A DNA stretch of 64,000 nucleotides from a virus (lineage: Duplodnaviria; Heunggongvirae; Uroviricota; Caudoviricetes), in the IMG/VR virus record IMGVR_UViG_3300012359_000001, positions 38,417 through 102,416 of that record; one strand, written 5' to 3'. Positions 26,916 to 35,674 of the stretch are shown here, in pieces (the first letter of the stretch is position 1; every line of letters starts with the position of its first letter). The translations under genes were made by a program, and so were the position numbers. The notes below the pieces were generated by a model. It did not search any database. It had not been told where the DNA came from and was given only the letters and a program-made list of their open reading frames with translations.

Positions 26916-28193
26916 CTACTTGATGGGTGGAGCGTACTCAAAAGTAGCAGTTCCCAGGCGGCGGTACTGTGCTTGCCGCCCTCGCAAAACCGGATCGGCA
27001 GTTTTTGAGCTAGAGAGTGATGCCACATTCGTGTAAGAACCATGATGACTCTTCTGCATATTCAGAGCATCGCGCTTCTTGTCTAAATGGTCGTCTAGGC
27101 AGACTAGACGACCAGAGTTACTGTGATACAACATTTTCTGGTTCTTCTTCCACCTCGACGACTCTGACGCAGGCGATGGACCCGATGCATCCACGCCACA
27201 TTGCTTCCAGCGAGGGCTACGTGAGTAGTATGCAATCATAGCAGGATGGGCAACCGTATTATGGTAGCGATAGCCACGCTCATACAAATACTGGCCGAGC
27301 CAATCATCAAAACGTCCACCTAAACCTAAACCTTGATAATCAGGACGAACGACTAAGCGGTGCCCTTGCTTGATATTTCTGGTTTTCGGATGAGGAAGGT
27401 GCAAATAGGAAGAGAACGCTACGCACTCGCCTCCAATGAAACCAGCAAAGCATTGGGCCGCAGTATGGAGTACTCCACTTAGATAGTGATACTTGCTAAA
27501 CAGTCTCCATGCGGTTTTATCACACTGATAGATGCGGAACTCCAATTCTGGATGTCGTTGAAGTAACCTCCAATTGAAGGTATTAGTATGCGGCTGGTAC
27601 ACCCAATCAGGTTGTAACCAATCAAGCACATCATAATGGCACGTTACCGCGACCAATTGTTTTCCCGATTTGCGCACACTTTTCTGGATGCTGTGCGAAG
27701 CAACCTGCGCTACCTGCCGATCGACGACGCTGGTAAACTCATCAAGGACAATGAGATTCTCTGGTTCTAGTAACGCACGAGCCGCAGTGACACGGAACTG
27801 TTCACCCATGCTGAGTACAGCGTAGGGACGCATCCAGTTAGGAGGAGAACCAAAGCCGACACCGCACAACGATCCGGTGATATCCTTGATCGAAAGTCCT
27901 TTAGGCATTGCATCAACCACACTTTTATCAACGGGCCAGTCATCATAACCGATACGAACACAATCACCATAGAGAGCACGCGCAACCGTTGTTTTGCCAC
28001 TACCAGAGGGTCCAACAATAAGCCCGATGGACCAATCCTTTTGGTTGAGCGGCAAGTCAATATCCCAAGACTCAATAGATCGTTCTGAAATCGGGATATC
28101 GAATAAACTCTCTAATTGTTGTATACGTGCCGTTCGTTGCACGGCACATTCTTTCACGATATGCGCTTGCATTACAGTACCAGTGCCCGACAT
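26916..28193 (-). CDS. ABC-type ATPase nucleotide-binding domain fused to a GNAT-like acyltransferase domain
   Basis: Walker A GPSGSGKTT, signature-like LSMGEQ, Walker B LIVLDEFTSVVD, H-loop VTCHYD. C-terminal HRLVVRPDYQGLGLGGRF resembles GNAT motif A. Confidence 0.55.
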   Translation of the reverse strand: MSGTGTVMQAHIVKECAVQRTARIQQLESLFDIPISERSIESWDIDLPLNQKDWSIGLIVGPSGSGKTTVARALYGDCVRIGYDDWPVDKSVVDAMPKGLSIKDITGSLCGVGFGSPPNWMRPYAVLSMGEQFRVTAARALLEPENLIVLDEFTSVVDRQVAQVASHSIQKSVRKSGKQLVAVTCHYDVLDWLQPDWVYQPHTNTFNWRLLQRHPELEFRIYQCDKTAWRLFSKYHYLSGVLHTAAQCFAGFIGGECVAFSSYLHLPHPKTRNIKQGHRLVVRPDYQGLGLGGRFDDWLGQYLYERGYRYHNTVAHPAMIAYYSRSPRWKQCGVDASGPSPASESSRWKKNQKMLYHSNSGRLVCLDDHLDKKRDALNMQKSHHGSYTNVASLSSSKTADPVLRGRQAQYRRLGTATFEYAPPIK

Positions 28194-28783
28194 GTAATCC
28201 CCTCTCCCTGAAAGCGATCTAAGAGCACCAATTGCTCTTGCTCATTCTGGCAATCAATGATAATACCCCATCGCTCGGCAACGTCTGTTTGTTCAGCATT
28301 CCCCTCCTCTGGTAACTTGTCAGCATTTCTCCCTATCACCTCATCACCCAAACCCTCCAACATTTGCCGCAATGTCTCATCATCGCTACCAAGTGTCACC
28401 AGATCGTACCCTGCGTTTTGTTGTTCGGTAAGCAATTCTGCTAAAAGCGCATCATCGTCTACAGCATCCGCACTCAGGAGGTTATCGGCTACAATATAGG
28501 CATTGCATTCTAAATCAGAAAATGTTGGAGGCAGGATCGTTGCGTGAAGTTGGCTCATTTTGAGTTGTTGCGCCGCTTCGACCACACCATGACCTGCAAG
28601 GATCGTGTATGACCCATTCCCCTCATCCCTGCACACAATATCGCGCATCTGCCCGAAGCGTTCAAGACTCATCTTGATTTTATGTACTTGTTCGGGTGGA
28701 TGCGAACGGAAGTTCCGCTCAGATGGGTAGAGGGCAGCAACGGACACCTGATAATGCTCTTTGACAATCTCTTGCTCGATCAT
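28172..28783 (-). CDS. ParB-like nuclease domain protein
   Basis: LYPSERNFRSHPPEQVHKIKMSLERFGQMRDIVCR...YTILAGHGVVEAAQQL is a ParB/Srx fold pattern. Confidence 0.55.
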   Translation of the reverse strand: MIEQEIVKEHYQVSVAALYPSERNFRSHPPEQVHKIKMSLERFGQMRDIVCRDEGNGSYTILAGHGVVEAAQQLKMSQLHATILPPTFSDLECNAYIVADNLLSADAVDDDALLAELLTEQQNAGYDLVTLGSDDETLRQMLEGLGDEVIGRNADKLPEEGNAEQTDVAERWGIIIDCQNEQEQLVLLDRFQGEGITCRALVL

Positions 28784-28786
28784 ACC

Positions 28787-29005
28787 CTACTCCTGCTTTG
28801 CTGGTTCCTCTGTCGCTGGTTGCTGTTCTTCATCTCCCACAACACGCTTCACTTGTCTGCGTAATGTCTCAAAATGCGGCATGATCTGTTTTGCCTCTTG
28901 ATGCGCGTACTCTCCCATACCTGCAAACATATTGTGTGCCTCACGATAGAGGATATCTAATCGTGCATGCAATCGTTTCAATTGTTGTTTTAACTCTTCA
29001 TTCAT
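28787..29005 (-). CDS. Hypothetical protein
   Basis: 72-aa ORF, predicted coiled. Confidence 0.3.
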   Translation of the reverse strand: MNEELKQQLKRLHARLDILYREAHNMFAGMGEYAHQEAKQIMPHFETLRRQVKRVVGDEEQQPATEEPAKQE

Positions 29006-29358
29006 ACTGTATCCTGTCGTGTTGCCCGTAACTCTACAAGTAACGCTTTGATATCACATATTTCTTTCTCTGCTAGTCGGTTCACCATTGCATCATGCTC
29101 CACCGTACACCTGTCTCGCTCAGCCTGCTTATTCTCTGACATCAGGACAAAAATACTTAGGAATATCGCCTCAAGACTTACGGATAAGGTCAAGAACGAG
29201 AACGGGTACGCATCGAACCGCCAGAGTGTGAATGTGTTCAACACAATCCAGAAGAGGAACACAAAGAAATTAATTGCTAGAAATGCAATCGATCCACAAA
29301 AGACAGCAATCCATTCAGCAATCCGCTCACTCTTACTCACCTCCGGTGCCTTAATCAT
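29002..29358 (-). CDS. DUF1003-like membrane protein
   Basis: Two TM segments and ...FDAYPFSFLTLSVSLEAIFLSIFVLMSENKQAERDR match the DUF1003 pattern. Confidence 0.45.
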   Translation of the reverse strand: MIKAPEVSKSERIAEWIAVFCGSIAFLAINFFVFLFWIVLNTFTLWRFDAYPFSFLTLSVSLEAIFLSIFVLMSENKQAERDRCTVEHDAMVNRLAEKEICDIKALLVELRATRQDTV

Positions 29359-29462
29359 CCCTTATACTTTCAGCAATGCAGGCGGGACAGTCCAGATACA
29401 AGAAGCATTACCCACAACACTATCCCGCTACATCTAGCATACAGTCAGGCACAAAGCGTTGC

Positions 29463-29762
29463 TCATTCCTCTTGCCTCACCGTTGCTTCAAAGTGCAAAC
29501 CAAACACCGTTACACCGCCTGGGCAAAATGCCAATATCGCTACAGCCTCACAGAACCGGCCCATCATTTTACCGGTTTGCCCCTTTACGTAATAGAGCAG
29601 GCTATCCCCTTTTTCTCCCAGGACGAAACCGAATTTTTGCGCTTCCTCAAGGTGATATTCAGTCGGACCTCCCATCTGCTGCAAGTCAAATATCGCTATT
29701 GGCACGAGTGCAGAGAGAGTACAGCGTATGAGGTGTAGTTTTGTGGCGTTGTTATCGATCAT
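29463..29762 (-). CDS. Hypothetical protein
   Basis: ORF trimmed to the internal Met MIDNN. The upstream part overlaps a structured intergenic region. Confidence 0.3.
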   Translation of the reverse strand: MIDNNATKLHLIRCTLSALVPIAIFDLQQMGGPTEYHLEEAQKFGFVLGEKGDSLLYYVKGQTGKMMGRFCEAVAILAFCPGGVTVFGLHFEATVRQEE

Positions 29763-29927
29763 ACTTTCATGATACTGAACAGGAAAAGCAAGAAAGCAGT
29801 ATTGCAAAAATGGACAAAAAAAAGAGAGAGAGCAGGCATCTGGTACCCACACTCTCTTTTTTTTCTGGCAGATAGTAGCGAAAGGAATAATCATGTACAA
29901 CCAAAGTCAGTATAGCCGATACAACAA

Positions 29928-29967
29928 AAGAGAGAGGTGTTGCCAGATCGCACCTCTCTCTTTTTCT
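29928..29967. terminator. Bidirectional rho-independent-like terminator hairpin
   Basis: AAGAGAGAGGTG, loop ttgccagatcg, CACCTCTCTCTT, then TTTTTCT. An A-rich run precedes the stem. Confidence 0.5.
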
Positions 29968-30144
29968 CAAGGACCAATTGTGAATAACATGACGTAAAGC
30001 AATTCCCTTATTCAGCATACCAAACACCACAAAAGCGACCTGGAAAGATTGTTCTCCCAGGTCGTGATATCATTGGCTATTTTGCTGCAACTATTATCGT
30101 TCTACGGGTACGTTTACGAGGTCGTGTGTTTTACCGCCAACACT

Positions 30145-30615
30145 TCATGGGCAAGCTGTAGGGAAATACCTGCTTTTTTTTGCAAGTCGCTCAGGCGTAA
30201 TCTCTGGGTAAAGTTTCATGATGACAGAGACTCTACTTCCTAATTCACCTTTTATTAATGGTGAGCTATTTTTAGCCTGCCCTGTTTTTGATTTGCTTTC
30301 AAAAATGGACTGAAAATCTTTGTAAGTGAAAGACTTTGCAACATCCAGATTGAATAGACGCACCCCCAAGGAGAGGTAGTAGCGTATCCAATATTGCTCT
30401 CTTCCTTTAGCTTTCTCTATTGTTTCCACTTGCTCAAGAGTACGCATGATAAGCATGAAGCTTTCACTCTTTAGTTCCTGTATCCACTCATTCTTGTCGA
30501 TATTATTCCCGCTACACTGCACATGCTGAGAGAAGCGTTTATACACATCATCAGTAATGCCAACATAGCGTACAACATCGTTGCGAGGATCGATCAGGAC
30601 GTAAACAGCAATCAT
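30145..30615 (-). CDS. GIY-YIG homing endonuclease
   Basis: VYVLIDPRNDVVRYVGITDDVYKRFSQH is the GIY-YIG motif. Confidence 0.75.
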   Translation of the reverse strand: MIAVYVLIDPRNDVVRYVGITDDVYKRFSQHVQCSGNNIDKNEWIQELKSESFMLIMRTLEQVETIEKAKGREQYWIRYYLSLGVRLFNLDVAKSFTYKDFQSIFESKSKTGQAKNSSPLIKGELGSRVSVIMKLYPEITPERLAKKSRYFPTACP

Positions 30616-30627
30616 AGCATTGTCTCC

Positions 30628-30924
30628 CTACTCAAAACCCATATCGTCTAACAGGCTACTTGCAGCATCTCTTGCAGCATCAGTCACAACAACCCCTGAA
30701 ACTTTTGCCTCATGCTTTTTCTTCAGTTTACGATCAACTTTCTTCTTTGAGGCAGGCTTTCTTTCCTCGTCTGCCTCATCAGTGTAGGCAAGAATGGAAG
30801 CGGATTTAATGAGTACCCGCAACGGAATGGCTGACTTCTCAGCATGTTCTACCATCCGTTGCGCTGCCTGATTATCCTTTGGCAGTGCAATCTCAACATA
30901 CCAGTACTTCTCATGGTCTTTCAT
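30628..30924 (-). CDS. Putative ParR-like centromere-binding adaptor
   Basis: 98-aa basic/acidic protein immediately downstream of the parM-like gene, the canonical parMR order. Confidence 0.35.
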   Translation of the reverse strand: MKDHEKYWYVEIALPKDNQAAQRMVEHAEKSAIPLRVLIKSASILAYTDEADEERKPASKKKVDRKLKKKHEAKVSGVVVTDAARDAASSLLDDMGFE

Positions 30925-30927
30925 GTT

Positions 30928-31998
30928 TTACGCCCTCCGCAATGCGCGGCGCTGTCCGATCTGGTCTGCAAGAACGGCATACCCGCGAGCATTCGCTTTC
31001 TCAGGATCGGCTATCTGCACAGCGTTCTTGATGATTTTTTGTAGCGATGAATGGAAGTAGTACGCGCCGCCGCCGCAATGCAGCACTGATTTAAAGCTAG
31101 AAGCTACTTTGCCGCTCTGGTTACTCCACACACTAGAGATTTTTGCATTCTTCTCATCACCAGTTTCCTTGATAGCGGCTTTGACCCACTGCTGCAAATC
31201 TATCCCTGAAACTTGTATTCCATCAGCATACAGTTCTGGATAGGCACCAATATTGATACTTGCACGAAGGACAGCCTGCATTTCTGGCTCTGAGAGTTCA
31301 CGCCCGTATTTCGCCTCAAACTTTGTGCTCAACCGATAGAGGGCATTATTGACGCCGATCTCGAAACTATCGCACTGCTCAGTATGTGCCTTGTGTCCAT
31401 CAAAGCGAAGCATGTTGGTCGTGAGCGATCCGCTATCAACTATTCCTATCGTACTGGTCTTATCAAAACCGTGATAGATAGCAGCTCCCGCGCCCTCCAT
31501 GAACACCTTGACCGTCTCGACGCTGATCGCCATATCACGCCCATTGAACTGATAGCGATACACGCCGGTTAACTCTTCAACGATCTTGCTAGACTGTTCC
31601 TGGTAAGCACGCAAAGGAACGCCCATAACCAGATTGATGGAGAACTCCTGTATCCCAGGCCATATCTGCGCGGCAGCCAGCGAAGCAAAGCACATGATAG
31701 AAACCTGAGTACGTTTGTTGTGATAGCGGTGCTTGTCTTTAAAATCTGAAGTTGGGTTAAGTCCCTGCTCAGCAAGATCAGACAAAAAGTACACTGATCC
31801 GTCATATTCCACCATCAACTCGTTAGGATTGATGGTTTCACCGAGTCCACTGCCAGATTTCAGGGATTGATACTTCTTTAAGTTCCCTTCCGAGATGAGG
31901 CTTGACGCGTCGAACTCCAATAATCTGCCAGTATCCGTCATAACAGCGATATTTGTACGCTGATTGCCCCTGTCGAAGCCTAAATTCAATGTTTTCAT
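30928..31998 (-). CDS. parM: Actin-like ATPase, ParM/StbA family
   Basis: Phosphate-1 LGFDRGNQRTNIAV, phosphate-2 IVDSGSLTTN, adenosine HCGGGAY. Confidence 0.7.
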   Translation of the reverse strand: MKTLNLGFDRGNQRTNIAVMTDTGRLLEFDASSLISEGNLKKYQSLKSGSGLGETINPNELMVEYDGSVYFLSDLAEQGLNPTSDFKDKHRYHNKRTQVSIMCFASLAAAQIWPGIQEFSINLVMGVPLRAYQEQSSKIVEELTGVYRYQFNGRDMAISVETVKVFMEGAGAAIYHGFDKTSTIGIVDSGSLTTNMLRFDGHKAHTEQCDSFEIGVNNALYRLSTKFEAKYGRELSEPEMQAVLRASINIGAYPELYADGIQVSGIDLQQWVKAAIKETGDEKNAKISSVWSNQSGKVASSFKSVLHCGGGAYYFHSSLQKIIKNAVQIADPEKANARGYAVLADQIGQRRALRRA

Positions 31999-32019
31999 AG
32001 TGATTATGCCCTTTCTTTT

Positions 32020-32125
32020 GTACCGAATAATATTGAACTATACGGTATAGTTCGTTACTTTTTACCAGGATACCACAAAAATACCGAACTATCAAGTACT
32101 TTCCTGAACAGTTCGGAACTGATAA
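32020..32125. repeat. Centromere-like (parC-like) repeat array upstream of parM
   Basis: Palindrome GAACTATACgGTATAGTTC at 32035-32053. Related CCGAACTA and CAGTTCgGAACTG (32108-32120) repeats. Confidence 0.45.
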
Positions 32126-32395
32126 AATGGCCTAGTATAAGACAACACCTTTGTTTATGGAAAAATAAAATGCTGCATAGTTTGCAGCACATTACCTTCT
32201 ACCCAGTCTCTTTATCCCCTCAACATCTGATGAACCCGACCTACAACAAAACCCACAATACACACCAGCGATACAAGCGTACATACCGCCTGTACTGGCG
32301 CTACCACTGGCTTGATGTCAGGAACAAGCTAGATCGACACAATGAGCAGGGCGGCAATAACTCCTGTCATTTGCGCTAGCCTGAGCACTGGATTG

Positions 32396-32587
32396 TTATG
32401 CATATCGGTCCTCCACAATCGCACTCAGTACCCACCACACGAGCGCCATACCCGCTATAATGGGTACAACGAACGCCACTACACTCTGTTCAGCCGGATA
32501 CGCCCACAACAGGACCAGCAGGATTGCCAGCCAATTGAGGCACTGCTTGTAGAGTTCATCCATCTGTACGCTTAATCTGTTATGCAT
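32396..32587 (-). CDS. Hypothetical small membrane protein
   Basis: 63 aa with two hydrophobic segments. Confidence 0.3.
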   Translation of the reverse strand: MHNRLSVQMDELYKQCLNWLAILLVLLWAYPAEQSVVAFVVPIIAGMALVWWVLSAIVEDRYA

Positions 32588-32634
32588 TTTGATTTATCCT
32601 CTCTGTTCGGTTGTTATCCACAAGTTATTCACAC

Positions 32635-33204
32635 TTACGCTCTTCTCTTGAGTCCACATTGCTCTAGAACATAGGCGGCGTGGCGACGATAGCGGCTATT
32701 GGTGATACCCATTTTCGCCAGGGCATCATTCACATTGCCAACTTTCCGGTACCAATATTGCAGGTCATCATGTAAATTTTCTGGTAAAAACTTGTCATCT
32801 CCTCTAGGGATATACCCATCACGAGAAGAGTCGGGTCTATTTTTCACTTCCAGTGCTGCAACGGCTTGAATGGCTATTTGACGAGAAGCCTGCACTTGCA
32901 ACTTTTTAATCTCTTTGAGTGCTAATCTATGGGTAGCATTTGTAAGAGGTTCACTTAACGTCTCAAAATGTTTAATCCAATAAGCCTCTCGCTCAAGGGA
33001 AAATTGATAGTTTCCAACTTGTTCCAGTGTCTCCATAATGACCATGCGATTGAGCGCACGCAGTTCAAAAATCCAGGCATTCTTTACAAAACTGCTGCCC
33101 TCTCCGTTAATATGCTGAGTAAATCGCTGGTAGACATCAGTTGTTTGACCGACATAGTGAACGGTGTAGTCTCGCGGATCTACCAGCGCGTAAATGGTAT
33201 ACAT
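32635..33204 (-). CDS. GIY-YIG homing endonuclease (second copy)
   Basis: IYALVDPRDYTVHYVGQTTDVYQRFTQH. The C-terminal module ...SRYRRHAAYVLEQCGLKRRA is shared with the upstream ATPase. Confidence 0.75.
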   Translation of the reverse strand: MYTIYALVDPRDYTVHYVGQTTDVYQRFTQHINGEGSSFVKNAWIFELRALNRMVIMETLEQVGNYQFSLEREAYWIKHFETLSEPLTNATHRLALKEIKKLQVQASRQIAIQAVAALEVKNRPDSSRDGYIPRGDDKFLPENLHDDLQYWYRKVGNVNDALAKMGITNSRYRRHAAYVLEQCGLKRRA

Positions 33205-33205
33205 G

Positions 33206-35044
33206 TTATGCGTCCTTCTTCTTTAATCCCAACTCTGCAATCACGACTCTTGCATGCTGTCGATAACGGCTATCGGCTTGACAAAACTTCAGGCTTTTAT
33301 CGATGTTGCCAGTCATTTCATACCCTTTTGCGAAGAGTGCAATCTGTGTTTGGTTGAGTTGTGGCTGTGCGTCTGAGTGCGTCGTATGCGCTGGCTTCTC
33401 ATCTGGACGCACAGGACGTTGTACCGACGCACTGACTATTTCAGCTAAAATGAGACGATAATCAGCCTCAGAGATGCTGGTCAAGGCTAGAATGTCACTA
33501 TCAAGAAAACCAGCTTCACGCATTTTACGTATCGCTTCTACCTTGCCCATTGCACTGACAGAAGGCTCTAATCGCTGTACCGGTTGCGCAGAACGTTTTG
33601 TCAAGCAAGGGTTGCGTAACCGCTCAATCCCTGGTGTCTCGCTATAATCCTTTGACTCCCGCTTATCAAACTGAACCACCATTGGCTGTAAGGTGAAACC
33701 GAACACAACCGCTCTCCCAGGTGAGAGCATATTGATCTCCTCACGTGTAGCAACCTTTGCGTCAATTTCCTTCTCGCAGGCATCCAGGTCGTTTCGTTCA
33801 ACGTGCCGCGCAAAGATACGTATCTGGCAACTCTTGATCGCCCACTTGGCAATATAGGTCAAACTCTGTGTTGCAAAACCTACGGTATAGCCTGCTGATC
33901 GTCCATTGCTCACCAGCGTAAAGTACGAGTTGTTCAGTTCGTTGAGAAGTGGTTTATTCTCTCTGGCTTCAGGTGGAAGCAAGTCGATCTGTTGCGGCAG
34001 GTAGAGTTGCGCTTCATCTAGCAAGAGCCAGCAAGGGAGTAGCGTGCTGCCAGGAGGAAGCCCGTTCGCCATATCTAACTTGCGTTGCCTGATTGCATAG
34101 CGCATAAGCGACTTCCCAACTGCCGCTACAATTTCAGCCTTTGGCAACCACTTATCATCAGGGCCACCGTAGGAGGGAAGATTGACAATGGCAACACAAC
34201 GCTCCTCCATGACCATCCAGACAAACTCATCGACATTTTTGAGAGTCAGTTCAAAGAATTTGGGTACTCCTGCCATTTCAGCAGAGCCAGCATGGATGCC
34301 ATCAATAAAAGGCAAATCCAGAATAGGCGGGTATTCGCCCTTATGGTCAAGCACAATGATGGGAGCGCCACATTTGCCGCCTTGCTCAATAATGCGCCCC
34401 ATGAGTTGTGACTTGCCTGATCCCTGGACAGCACAGGCGACAAACCCTTTGCCGCTAATCTGATTGAAGTGAGGGTCAAACCTCTGTCCAGCTTTTACCA
34501 CTTTCCCCAGGACAATTGTTTCGTCGTGAGGGTAGGAAGGGAATACTGGCTCGTACACATCCTCCTTATCGTCCTCAAGTGCCTGCACAACAACCGGTCG
34601 GTCATCCTTCGGTTTTGCTACACTCTCAACAACTCTCTCATCAAGCGCGTATTCTAGTGGGGGTGTCGTCATCCCAACCAGTCGCATGAGTTTTGCTTTG
34701 ACTGATTGATCTTTGAACAACTCTTCTTCATCTTCAGGGGAAAGTGCCTCAACGACCTTTTCAGCAGTGATCTGTACTTGCTCTATATCCCCGCCAGGGG
34801 TAAGAAATGCCTGCTTGACCATTGAACCGGCATGAACGAGTTCACCAGAAAACAACCCCGCAATGACGGTACCTGCTATCCCGAAAAACGCGACGGTGCC
34901 ATTATGCGCAACCGCGTCAACAAACATAGAACTGGCAAATGCGCTGGTAGTAAGTATCACCCGCCCCTTAGAAACGTTACGCAAGTAAGAAGGGAGCATT
35001 GACTGCCCCCCACGCTTTGGTAGAATTTTCTCATTGTCTGTCAT
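33206..35044 (-). CDS. HerA/FtsK/VirB4-superfamily (DUF87-like) ATPase with an N-terminal hydrophobic region
   Basis: Walker A AVQGSGKSQLMG followed by IIVLDHKGEY (HerA-like). Walker B WLLLDEAQ. C-terminus ...DSRYRQHARVVIAELGLKKKDA. Confidence 0.55.
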   Translation of the reverse strand: MTDNEKILPKRGGQSMLPSYLRNVSKGRVILTTSAFASSMFVDAVAHNGTVAFFGIAGTVIAGLFSGELVHAGSMVKQAFLTPGGDIEQVQITAEKVVEALSPEDEEELFKDQSVKAKLMRLVGMTTPPLEYALDERVVESVAKPKDDRPVVVQALEDDKEDVYEPVFPSYPHDETIVLGKVVKAGQRFDPHFNQISGKGFVACAVQGSGKSQLMGRIIEQGGKCGAPIIVLDHKGEYPPILDLPFIDGIHAGSAEMAGVPKFFELTLKNVDEFVWMVMEERCVAIVNLPSYGGPDDKWLPKAEIVAAVGKSLMRYAIRQRKLDMANGLPPGSTLLPCWLLLDEAQLYLPQQIDLLPPEARENKPLLNELNNSYFTLVSNGRSAGYTVGFATQSLTYIAKWAIKSCQIRIFARHVERNDLDACEKEIDAKVATREEINMLSPGRAVVFGFTLQPMVVQFDKRESKDYSETPGIERLRNPCLTKRSAQPVQRLEPSVSAMGKVEAIRKMREAGFLDSDILALTSISEADYRLILAEIVSASVQRPVRPDEKPAHTTHSDAQPQLNQTQIALFAKGYEMTGNIDKSLKFCQADSRYRQHARVVIAELGLKKKDA

Positions 35045-35059
35045 ACTCCCTCTCCTTTC

Positions 35060-35593
35060 TTATGCCTTTTTCCAGGCGATACTCAACAAATGCATTCCGA
35101 TAGTTCCGAAGAACCCGACAATAAAACTAGTGACGATAGCGAATCCCCACCGGCCTGCCTCACCACTTCCGAAGCTTCCATACTGGTGATCAGTCCAGGC
35201 ATTGAAGAAGGAGATCACTACGACACAGCCAATAAACACCTTTGCCATAATCGGACCTGATTTGCTTGCGGCGTCATGGAGCACTTCATATCCAATGATG
35301 AGTCCCAGGATAACCAATTCAATCCCCCAGGCAAAAACGGATGATCGGGCTTCCGTTGAACTCATGTTGCCGGTAATCAGACCTGGAAGCTGAAGCATGA
35401 TCAGCCAGTTCGGGTGATAGACATCAATTTGACCTGAGTTGGTGATATAGGCTTCATTGGTCTGGATTTGCGTCATGATGCCAACAACCCACATCACTAA
35501 AAATCCTGCCGCCACGGTCCCAACAAAAAGAGCAGGATGTCCTTTTTTTGCTGTACTGGTTCGTGCTGGTGTCTGCTGTACTGGTTCTGCCAT
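35060..35593 (-). CDS. Integral membrane protein (about 4 TM)
   Basis: 177 aa with several long hydrophobic segments. Immediately upstream of the ATPase. Confidence 0.45.
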   Translation of the reverse strand: MAEPVQQTPARTSTAKKGHPALFVGTVAAGFLVMWVVGIMTQIQTNEAYITNSGQIDVYHPNWLIMLQLPGLITGNMSSTEARSSVFAWGIELVILGLIIGYEVLHDAASKSGPIMAKVFIGCVVVISFFNAWTDHQYGSFGSGEAGRWGFAIVTSFIVGFFGTIGMHLLSIAWKKA

Positions 35594-35674
35594 GAGATAA
35601 TCCTTTCATTTTGAGAATGTCGATCGAAAATCGTGTATACTAGTGGTGACTGTTACCCTACAAGGAGAAACTAC

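Noticed and set aside
31838-32095. 85-aa minus-strand ORF
   Set aside because: It lies over the centromere-like repeat array upstream of parM. The repeats explain the open frame.
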